Made by a program: the position numbers and the translations under genes. Of a stretch of DNA of 16,937 bases, positions 1-8,216 are shown piece after piece; position 1 is the first letter of the stretch, and each line of letters opens with the position of its first letter. The stretch comes from Octopus sinensis (Eukaryota). Where the stretch lies: the NCBI RefSeq assembly GCF_006345805.1, contig NW_021825023.1, positions 1 to 16,937 of the forward strand. The letters are read 5' to 3'. The notes under the pieces are model-generated. The model ran no database searches. It was not told the origin of the DNA and saw nothing but the letters and a program-made list of their open reading frames with translations.

Positions 1-113
1 CCTAATACAAGCTGAATGATAACTAAGTTATTTTACTAAATTCTTTGCGATATTTTAAGTAATTGAAAGAAACACAGAACATCTCAAAATAAATACAGTA
101 ATGAAAGGGTTAA
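1..113. mobile_element. End of a TTAA-specific (piggyBac-type) non-autonomous element
   Basis: Ends in AAAGGG (104-109) followed by TTAA (110-113), the piggyBac-type terminus. The TTAA coincides with the TTA-AAA (L-K) codons where the mariner transposase frame begins. The other end is outside the window. Confidence 0.4.
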
Positions 114-412
114 AATGAAAAGTATTCAGTCATCGCCTTCGATCTATCGATGAATTAAAACGTGCAATTTGTGTAGAAATTGCAACCCTTCCAGGAGAAA
201 TGATCCATAGAGTTATCGATAACTTTCATGAACGTCTCCAACAGTGTGTTGACAATGATGGGAAGCATTTAGCTGATTTAATTTTTAAAACTTAATGAAA
301 TAAAATGGCATTATATGTACATTCAGAAAATAAAATATTTCTTTCCATTATTTCATATTTTGTGCTTTTATTAAGCCTCCAAATGTGTCAGGTCATTTTG
401 GTCCACCCTGTA
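110..412 (+). mobile_element. Tc1/mariner (IS630-Tc1-mariner) transposon 3' remnant: transposase C-terminus plus right TIR
   Basis: Frame 110-295 reads LK*KVFSHRLRSIDELKRAICVEIATLPGEMIHRVIDNFHERLQQCVDNDGKHLADLIFKT*, a typical post-catalytic mariner-like C-terminus. The element ends ...GGTCCACCCTG (410) + TA (411-412), i.e. a TACAGGGTG-type TIR. Confidence 0.8.
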
Positions 413-659
413 TATTTGTATGTATGTATATATATATATGTGTATGTGTGTGTTCCATTCAATCTTATGCCAACTTTACTAATGTAGATATGAAATCTAG
501 TTGTAAAGAAATTAACGATATTAATTTTAATTTAAACACCAAAATATAAGAGTAAGGGAGATAACCATTATTTAATCCCCTATTTTCATTCTAAAGGTAA
601 ATTTATGTCTTTCAAAAATAATTACACTAAAATAGATAACTAATTGTAAAACAATTTGG

Positions 660-1221
660 TTAATTATTCCATATGGGAGGCAAATTAAATCTAATCTTCC
701 ATTGCAGTTTCGTGAAGCTATTAATAGGAATTTCCAAAGAATTTTAGGTATTACTCTAGAGGTCGACTTTGCTTTATGCTGGACTGCATAATGCTTATTT
801 TTTCTGTATAAATTTACTAAAACCATTAAATGGTTAACTACTTTCTGAAGTTTCACGTTTGTGCTAGTAATCACGGTCTGGACCATATTTTACTGATATA
901 TATTACTATGCATTCTGAAGTAGGTGGTTTCTACACAGACGGTCAACATTTCAATCAAGTTCCTTATTGGTATACTAATGCCTTCTTTTAGATGGGTGTC
1001 TGCCACTAATTTTTCTTGAATCACTGATAGTGCTTCATCAGTTCAGACTTTGGTGAACAGACTTATCACATCTAGACTCACCATCTGGTCGACTTTCCTT
1101 TATTCTGGATGGTATAATGCTTTTTTTTTCTTTATAAATTTACTAAAACCATTAAATGGTTAACTACTTTCTGAAGTTTCACGTTGATGCTGGTAATCAT
1201 AGTCTGGGCCATATTTTACTG
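660..1221 (-). mobile_element. Decayed, internally rearranged Penelope-like element (RT fragment plus C-terminal motif)
   Basis: Minus strand 1084-893 reads MVSLDVISLFTKV*TDEALSVIQEKLVADTHLKRR, then after a frameshift ISIPIRNLIEMLTVCVETTYFRMHSNIYQ. This matches the PLE RT pattern VSxDVxSLFTxVP...CxxxTYF...YxQ. Minus strand 692-660 reads RFNLPPIWNN*, like the PLE endonuclease C-terminal RYxLPPxW motif. Confidence 0.65.
761..1221. repeat. 135-bp imperfect direct repeat pair (761-895 and 1087-1221)
   Basis: Both copies run GGTCGACTTT...AAATTTACTAAAACCATTAAATGGTTAACTACTTTCTGAAGTTTCACGTT...CCATATTTTACTG, offset 326 bp. Confidence 0.9.
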
Positions 1222-1986
1222 TATCTAACACCACCATCAACATCATAATTCATCCTTGTGCATGTAAACTCCCTAAGTAAATATGACGTAGCATTCCTAC
1301 AGAAACCTTCATTTACCTTATACGATGTTTAATGTTGGTTCACATTCATGTTGAATTATGCAGCAGTCTTATGTTCTCTTCATAGAACACTTGTAATTTA
1401 GGTATTACCAGTTCTTTTGGTATTGTAGATCTTTGCTATTCTTGTTCATGTCTCCTCACAGACGGGTATATTCTAACAAGTCACTTCTTAAACTTCCCAC
1501 CACTCTTGTTCAATAAACACTGAGTTAAACTTGCAAAGCTGTTTATTTTCTCCTTTCAATTTTTATTGTTTATTTCAGCAGGTTAACAAACTATCAGTTT
1601 CTTCTCCCGGCTAAAACAGTTGTGACAGATTTTAAAGTTTGTTTGACATTTTAGAAGTGTGAAAGGGATTAAAATTTCGATACTCCATATCAAAGGTTCC
1701 GACAAGAATAGGCAGAAAATCAGAGCTTGAGACAAGAAGACACCTTCGACCAATCAGAATTCTGTTTACATAATCAATTCGATTGGACACCTTCCTCTGT
1801 CATTTGAGCAAAGTGTCATCGAAGCTGATGTTTATTGGTAATAAACTTAATTTGCAACACCTGTGCATATTTTTCAGCTTTGTTTTTGTTGATAAGACTG
1901 GCAACAACTTTTCCTATGATCGTGATTTGGGAAGACCTACAGAAGTATGCTGAAGATCGGACATAATCTCTTGAGGGCAAGAAACC

Positions 1987-2724
1987 TCTATATATATAAA
2001 CGGCAAAATGTCTGTGCGTGTGTCCTTTATACAAATCCACAATTTTCAGTTAGAGGGCTTGCACTTTCTAAGGTCATTCAAAACCTGCAAAGCCATTAAA
2101 AAATCAATAGAAGTGGTTTTTTGTGAATTTTCTATCCAAAACCCAATCAAAATACCTGAAACATGATACGCCAATTGAATGCCAGCTAGCTGTATGGTTG
2201 TTCCTGCTTGAGCCATGCCTGGCCCATAAGGCCGGTTTCCCGGTTTCTTGGTGTATAGGTTCCCCACCTGGATGGGACACCGGTCCATCGCAGGTGAGCT
2301 GCAAGATGCAGGAGGATAGAGTGAGAGAAAGAGTCAGCAGAAGTTTCGCCGTTACCTCCTGCCGGAGCCACGTGGAGCTTGGGTGTTTCGCTCATAAACA
2401 CACACATCGCCTGGTCTGAGATTTCAACCCGCGATCCCTCGACCGCAAGTCTGCTGCTCTAACCACTAGGCCATGTGCCTCCACTGCTAGCTGTATGTGA
2501 TTGGTTAGAGATTTGGACAGTACTCACGTGTATGTGTGCAGGCACGCAGCTGTATATGCATGCACAAGCACTATGACCCGGTGTTGCCAGGTCATAGCGC
2601 TTGTGTAAAATAAAGTTTATTATAAACAACAAACTCTTCAGAATTTAATAACTTTCAATGTGATACCTGTTAAACAAATTATTTTTAAATAGTGAAAATT
2701 TAATAAAATCTAATCATGAGTAAG
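1987..2724 (+). mobile_element. Non-autonomous Helitron-like repeat, copy 1 (homologous to 16453-16937), interrupted by a SINE
   Basis: Starts TC(TA)nAAACGGCAAAATGTCTGTGCGTG, a Helitron-like 5' end. It aligns in the same orientation with 16453-16937 through ...ATCTAATCATGAGTAAG. The homology is clear; the Helitron label and right boundary are tentative. Confidence 0.5.
2197..2485 (-). mobile_element. tRNA-derived SINE with perfect 12-bp TSD
   Basis: Minus-strand head GTGGAGGCACATGGCCTAGTGGTTAGAGC (A box) ... GGGTTGAAATC (B box). The core CTGCGATGGACCGGTGTCCCATCCAGG resembles the V/Meta-type SINE domain. TSD GCTAGCTGTATG at 2185-2196 and 2486-2497; a single empty site is at 16695-16706. Confidence 0.9.
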
Positions 2725-3040
2725 TGAAATTATGCTAAATACAACTAAATTGGAAACCTTTACTCTCTGGCTAATAATTGGGTGTGAATTTTACACGAGT
2801 AGAAGTTCCTTTTTAACAGTTTTTATCTAGAAAATTACCTGAGTAATTACACAGGTGTGCAAATTACATGTGTTTTTATGGTGTACATATATATATATAT
2901 AGGTTATAAGAGGTACTGGTGTCATTGAGACCCAAAGGTGTCAGGTAATGTTGAATGAGTGCTATAGACACCATAGTTAAGTTCCAGGTTCGGTAATTTT
3001 GTGAAGGGGTTTCAACATTGGTCACATGTCAGCATGTGTG

Positions 3041-3179
3041 TATAAGAATTGTTTGCGTAATGAGATAAAGAACCAAGGCTGTGTAGATATGAGAACATTT
3101 ATAGATAGAAGGTCTATAAATGTTCTAATATCTACACAGCCTTGGTTTTGTTTATCTCCTTACGCAAAAAATTCTTATA
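3041..3179. repeat. Foldback hairpin (MITE-like), about 65-bp arms with a 7-nt loop
   Basis: Arm 3041-3105 pairs with 3113-3179; the inner 35 bp have one mismatch; loop TAGAAGG; TA at both outer ends. Confidence 0.85.
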
Positions 3180-3211
3180 TATATAAGTATGCATATACAT
3201 GTATATATATA

Positions 3212-3695
3212 TATATCTAATGTAGGATAAAATTTTTTTGGGAAAAAAATTTTATCAATGACCAGCATATTAAAAAATACCTTTAAAGGTTAAATTTATA
3301 AACAATTCATAAAAAGGGCAAACGAAAAAATTTCTAATGCCAAATATGCCGAAAAATTGGACATATTGTCCATTAACCATATAATTTTTTCACAATATGC
3401 CCGCTACTCGAAAAAAGGTCGACAGAAATTTCAGGCTTAGCTCGTAACAGCCCTCCCTTTGTCAGTGATACGTATGGCAAAAGAAATAAATGAGATACCT
3501 ACTCATACCCATGGAAGAAGCATACACTAAGTCATGAGCATAACTAAGTACCCCAAATACATCCAAAATAGAAATACTCCAGACCATTCGAGACAAATGC
3601 AATTTGAACTGAGGCTCTCACAGAGTGAGAGAGTCTGGAAGTGAACGCTTAAATTTATATCTAATTTAGGATTAAATTTTTTCGAAAAAAATTTA
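3212..3695. repeat. About 444-bp unit with about 42-bp terminal direct repeats, abutting a TA tract
   Basis: TATATCTAATGTAGGATAAAATTTTTTTGGGAAAAAAATTTTA (3212-3254) resembles TATATCTAATTTAGGATTAAATTTTTTCGAAAAAAATTTA (3656-3695). Confidence 0.55.
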
Positions 3696-3867
3696 CATAA
3701 TATTGAGGTCTCTTTCTTTCTTTTGTTATCTTACCAATATATATGTATGTATATATATATATATGTCAGTGGTTAGAGCATTGAGCTTATGATTGTGAGG
3801 TTGTGAGTTCAAATCCCGAAATGCATATTTCGCATTAGAAATTTTTTCGTTTGCCCATTTTATGAAC

Positions 3868-4101
3868 TGTATATATATATATATATATCTATATATATAT
3901 ATATATACATACATGTATATTTATATATATATATATACATGTATATTTATATATATACATGTATACTTATATATATTTATAGATATATATATATATATAT
4001 ATATACATGTATATTTATATATATATATATATATACATGTATATTTATATATATATACATGTATATTTTTATATATATATATATATATATACATGTTTAT
4101 A

Positions 4102-4135
<34 letters not shown>

Positions 4136-4164
4136 CATACTATATATATATACATGTATATATT
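3868..4164. repeat. Compound (TA)n microsatellite with interspersed CATG units
   Basis: Runs of TA punctuated by TACATGTA; source of the spurious YI-repeat ORFs. Confidence 0.95.
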
Positions 4165-4787
4165 ATAATAGTTATCGCCATACTAATATGGCATTCTTAT
4201 AAAAATAAGGAAAAAGCTGTCCGCTTATTAGCTCCATGAGGCCATCGCCTTAAGTTAGCTATTTGATACACAAACTGTATCCATATAACAGCTTTTTTCT
4301 TATTTTTCAGCTTTTTTCTTATTTTTATAAGAATGCCATATTAGTATGGCGATAACTATTATTTTCCGGGAACGCTGCCGCTGTTCTCTTTTAGAGAGAC
4401 TTAGTTATTTTAATATTTCTATTATTGAAAACAAGTGGATGTATTCCACCGAAACTAGGTAAATAAAACCATCGAACAGAGATTGTCGGAAGCGACACCT
4501 ACTGGCTGGCTACGCTGCATTGAAAAGGGGCAATACCCGAAACGCGTCTGTAGCTGCCGGTCAAGTAATGTGGAGCGACTGACCTCCCTTGTTCGAAGGT
4601 TATATGGATACAGTTTGTGTATCAAATAGCTAACTTAAGGCGATGGCCTCATGGAGCTAATAAGCGGACAGCTTTTTTCTTATTTTTATAAGAATGCCAT
4701 ATTAGTATGGCGATAACTATTATTTTCCGGGAACGCTGCCTGCTGTTCTCTTTTAGAGAGACTTAGTTATTTTAATATTTCTATTAT
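4165..4787 (+). mobile_element. Non-coding hammerhead-bearing retroelement (retrozyme / PLE terminal-repeat-like): 361-bp unit x1.3 with a 5' inversion
   Basis: Direct repeat 4308-4425 vs 4669-4787 (one 1-nt indel, period 361). Inverted repeat 4165-4289 vs 4599-4723 (124/125). A 19-bp duplication at 4289-4307. Flanked on both sides by the TA/CATG microsatellite. Contains a hammerhead fold. Confidence 0.7.
4501..4561 (+). ncRNA. Type I minimal hammerhead ribozyme, U3-A8 core variant
   Basis: GCUGCA-UUGAAAA-GGG(GCAAUA)CCC-GAAA-CGCG-UC^UGUAGC. Stem I 4514-4519/4549-4554; core 4520-4526; stem II 4527-4529/4536-4538; GAAA 4539-4542; palindromic stem III ACGCGU 4542-4547; GUC cleavage triplet with the cut after 4548. 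A distal stem ACUGGC/GCCGGU forms at 4501-4506/4556-4561. Confidence 0.72.
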
Positions 4788-4987
4788 ATAATATACATAT
4801 ATATATAACATGTATACATATATATATATATATACATGTATATATATATATATATATACATGTATATATATTTATATATATATACATGTATATATATATA
4901 TACATATATGTATGTATATATATATGTGTATATATATATGTATATATATATATATATATGTGTATATATGTATATGTATATTTATAC
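4788..4987. repeat. Compound (TA)n/CATG/TG microsatellite
   Basis: Same repeat type as 3868-4164, continuing on the other side of the 4165-4787 insertion. Confidence 0.95.
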
Positions 4988-5145
4988 TATAAGGGACATT
5001 AGCCAACTGAATATGGCTAGGGACAGGGCAGGGTGGTGGGGGTGTCACTGTTGCATTTAGCCCCAGGCGAACATCAACGTCACCAGATAGGCCAACGCCC
5101 CCTGCCCTGTCCCTAGCCATATTCAGTTGGCTAATGTCCCTTATA
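4988..5145. mobile_element. MITE with perfect 46-bp terminal inverted repeats
   Basis: 4988-5033 is the exact reverse complement of 5100-5145 (including the terminal TA, a likely TA TSD), with a 66-bp spacer. Confidence 0.85.
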
Positions 5146-5197
5146 TTATGGAGCAGTCACTGTCTATATCTCATTTAGAGAATTATTATTGCTATAT

Positions 5198-5550
5198 TTA
5201 TACTCTTTTACATATTTCAGTCATTTGACTGCCATGCTGCAGCACCGCCTCTAGTCGAGCAAATCGACCCCGGGACTTTTTCTATGTAAGCTCAGTACTT
5301 ATTCTATCGGTCTCTTTTGCTGAACCACTAAGTGACAGTGACGTAAACACACCAGCATCGGTTGTCAAGCAATGCTAGGGGTCAAACACAGACATACACA
5401 CACACACATATATATATAGAACAGGCTTCTTTCGGTTTCTGTCTACCAAATCCACTCACTGCCCGGGGCTATAGTAGAAGACACTTACCCAAGATGCCAC
5501 GCAGTGGGACTGAACCCGGAACCATGTGGTTGGTTAGCAAGCTACTTACC
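5198..5550 (-). mobile_element. tRNA-derived SINE, 5'-clipped (same family as 7325-7700 and 14625-14969)
   Basis: Minus strand GGTAAGTAGCTTGCTAACCAACCACATGGTTCCGGGTTCAGTCCC (B box), internal (TA)/(TG) tract, 3' ...CAGTCAAATGACTGAAATATGTAAAAGAGTATAAA. Confidence 0.85.
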
Positions 5551-5621
5551 ATGTATATATATATATGTGTATAGATATGTGTGTATATACATATATGTGT
5601 ATGTATATATGTATATATATA

Positions 5622-5815
5622 TAAAATAATATGTGACAATTATTCGGTAGCCAAGATAAAACTCTGAGTTTCAGATGCCGAAGTGGAAAACCACAACACC
5701 ATCTCTTCGGTTATCTGGCCATCTGAAAAACAAGAGATGGTGTTGTGGATTTCCACCTCGGCATCTGAAACTCAGTTTTATCTTGGCTACCGAATAATTG
5801 TCACATATTATTTTA
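5622..5815. mobile_element. Foldback/MITE-like element with about 85-bp inverted arms
   Basis: 5622-5707 pairs with 5732-5815 with 2 mismatches and one 2-nt indel; 24-bp spacer; TA termini. Confidence 0.8.
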
Positions 5816-5913
5816 CAGATAAATTCCTTTATTTACATAATATTGAGGTCTCTTTCTTTCTTTTGTTATCTTACCGTTTTTACCAATATATATATGTATG
5901 TATATATATTTAT

Positions 5914-6216
5914 GTCAATGGTTAGAGCATTGAGCTTATGAATGTGAGGTTGTGAGTGTGAATCCCGGACTGGGCTACGTTTTGTGTTCTTGAGCAAGAC
6001 ACTTTATTTCACGTTGCTCAAGTTCACTCAGCTGTAGAAATGAGTTGTGACGTTACAGGTGCCAAGCTGTATCGACCCCTTTGCCTTTCCCTCGGATAAC
6101 ACTGGTGGCGTGGAGCGGATAGGCCGGTATGAATGGGCAACCTTGCCCGGACTTGTGCCTGGGAGGGTAACTTTTTAGGTGCAATCCCATGGTCAGTCAT
6201 GACCGAAGGGGGTCTC
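5914..6216 (+). mobile_element. tRNA-derived SINE (second family)
   Basis: Head GTCAATGGTTAGAGCATTGAGCTTATGAATGTGAGGTTGTGAGTGTGAATCCCGG with degenerate A/B boxes, followed by GTGTTCTTGAGCAAGACACTT, a typical SINE post-tRNA motif. Confidence 0.7.
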
Positions 6217-6348
6217 AGCTCTCAGCTGGTCCCTGTAAAAGGCACCCCGTCCTAGTTCATGTAAAGAGCACACATGCTGATCCATGTGGTTATTCAACTT
6301 ACTCCTTCCCCTGAAATTGCTGGCCTTGTGCCAAAATAATGTCAGAAA

Positions 6349-6685
6349 CAATAATGCCTTGATATATGAGTTAATTTCTTCCTGGAGATTGCTCCTAAAG
6401 TGAAAACTCATAAAGCAAAGCAATAATTTCCCATAGAAGCAATGTTATAAATTGTAATTCATTCCCAGAAAAATATTTTACCATAAATTTATAATACTTG
6501 CAATAATGAAAAAAAAAACAATAAAACAACAGTAGAATGTAAAGAATATTTTATGGAAAGTCAAAACAATGTCAAGATTATTTAGAATAAACAAAATATT
6601 ATTATTATAATTGTTTTCTGAATCACTTTCACAAGACACAGGGACACCATCATTTGTAGACGTGACCACTGATTCACAAGCAAAG
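6349..6685. mobile_element. pogo/Tigger-like DNA transposon terminal fragment (homologous to 13745-14070)
   Basis: Begins CAATAATGCCTTGATATATGAGTTAATTTCTTCC, similar to (TA)CAGTAATGCCTCAATATACAAGTTAATTTGTTCC at 13745, a Tigger-type CAGT..CCTC TIR. The two copies align in the same orientation and are visibly more diverged than the ZNF duplication. Confidence 0.5.
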
Positions 6686-6699
6686 AAACAAGTCTAGAG

Positions 6700-7070
6700 T
6701 TGTTTACTGAGAAGCATTCCTTTGCTCTTTATAAACTTCTTGGTAAGACACAGATGCATTTGTTATGGTAGTAGAAACTTTCAAAATTTGGATGTTGTGC
6801 TTGAAAAATAAAACTCATAAACAATGTCTTTAACTTGGGAAATGAATCTATTCCTCATGAAATGTGTTCTCTGTCTGAGGGACATCCATGCTTCTTCTTT
6901 TTTGTGTGTTCACATCCTGAACTAGTTATTGCACAAATTAAATTTTTGGATGCACAAGTGAAATCAGTCTCAATTATGAATCTCTGTCCTTGTTTAACAT
7001 GGAATTCCGAACCTTCAAGTACTTTCAAGAATATTCCACCTTTCGGACATCTGCATTCTATTGTTGAGCA
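6700..7070 (-). mobile_element. Decayed Penelope-like GIY-YIG endonuclease fragment
   Basis: Minus strand from 7070 reads CSTIECRCPKGGIFLKVLEGSEFHVKQGQRFIIETDFTCASKNLICAITSSGCEHTKK, then after a frameshift in an A-run EEAWMSLRQR. This fits the PLE pattern RCxxC...FTCxSxNLIYxIxCxxC...YIGETxxxLRxR, with the key Tyr residues lost. Confidence 0.6.
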
Positions 7071-7200
7071 CCCATTACACTCTCAGAGTGGTTGGTGAAA
7101 GGAAGAGCATCCAGCCGTAGAAACCATGCGAAATCAGACAGGAATCAGATGCAGCCTTCCAGCCCTGGTCAAAATGTACAACCCATGCCAAGCATGGACA
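7071..7200 (+). mobile_element. RTE-type 3' tail fragment
   Basis: CACCCATTACACTCTCAGAGTGGTTGGTGAAAGGAAGAGCATCCAGCCGTAGAAAC...CAACCCATGCCAAGCATGGA is homologous to the RTE tail at 13459-13600. Confidence 0.7.
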
Positions 7201-8216
7201 CCTTGGGTAAGTGTCTTCTATAATAACCTCGGGCCAACCAAAGCCCTGTGAGTGGATTTCGTGGATGGAAACTAAATGAAGCCCGTTATGTGTAGATTGG
7301 TATGTGTGTGTGTATCTCTCTCTATTTACTCTTTTACTTGTTTCAGTCATTTGACTGTGGCCATGCTGGAGCACTGCCTTTAGTTGAGCAAATCGACCCC
7401 GGGACTTATTCTTTGTAAGCCCAGTACTTATTCTATCGGTCTCTTTTGCCGAGCCACTAAGTTATATAAACACACCAGCATCGGTTGTCAAGCAATGCTA
7501 GGGGGACAAACACACACATATATATATACATCTATACAACAGGCTTCTCTCAGTTTCTATCTACCAAATCCACTCACAAGGTAATGGTCGGCCCGGGGCT
7601 ATAGTAGAAGACATTTGCCCAAGATGGCATGCAGTGGGACTGAACCCGGAACCATGTGGTTGGGTAGCAAGCTACTTACCACACAGCCACTCCTGCGCCT
7701 ATGTTTGTGTTTGTGTTTGTCCCCTAATATCGCTTGACAACCGATGCTGGTGTGTTAAGCAGTTTGGCAAAAGGGGCAGATAGAATAAGTACTAGGTGTA
7801 GAAAGAATAAGTCCTGGGTATCCATTGTCTGCTTTGGCAAGGTTCCCATGGCTGGAGGCCCTTCCTAATGCCGACCCCTTTACTGAGTGCATTGGGTGCT
7901 TTTTATGTGGCACCAGCATCATTGGGGATCACCAAGTAACTTGCAAGATAAAGATCCAATCAGTTGTCAGAGGGAGTGGAAGCGAGGGGGATGGCTTTTT
8001 GTCAGTTGAGAGGTTGATGTATAACAGCAGGAGAGAGACGAGTGTCTTACTATAGAGGAGAAACCTGATGATTCCAGTAGGAAAAGAAAGGAGAGAATGA
8101 TAGATGTATAGAGAGAAATGGATGGTGATGGAGATGTATGAGGACATACACAAAAGGTAGTGGTGGTGGGGGAATATTAGTGGTACAGAGGATAGAGGGG
8201 GATGTTTCATAGAAGT
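7130..8216. repeat. Segmental duplication block X (inverted copy at 14115-15168)
   Basis: A mosaic of RTE tail, SINE fragments, a full SINE and GA-rich sequence. The same inter-element junctions recur in reverse complement at 14115-15168, so this is a duplicated segment, not independent insertions. Confidence 0.9.
7325..7700 (-). mobile_element. Full-length tRNA-derived SINE
   Basis: Minus-strand head AGGCGCAGGAGTGGCTGTGTGGTAAGTAGC (A box) ... GGTTCAGTCCC (B box); tail ...GAAACAAGTAAAAGAGTAAA. Confidence 0.9.

Noticed and set aside
1950-1990. CTGAAGA...GAAAC as a hammerhead core
   Set aside because: No stem II closing pair adjacent to the core and no stem I/III pairing.
2440-2485. tRNA-like sequences (also heads near 5914, 7660-7700 and 14625)
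   Set aside because: A/B boxes continue into SINE bodies and no complete cloverleaf forms; these are SINE heads, not tRNA genes.
3417-3470. Minus-strand hammerhead-like string CTGACAA-AGG...CCT-GAAA-TTTC
   Set aside because: C3-A8 mismatch, only 2 bp of stem I and no viable stem III. At best a dead relic; worth rechecking only on a family consensus.
3862-5060. Long YI/VC-repeat ORFs (also 12419-12876 and 11644-11915)
   Set aside because: Translations of dinucleotide microsatellites that lack stop codons; no protein signal.
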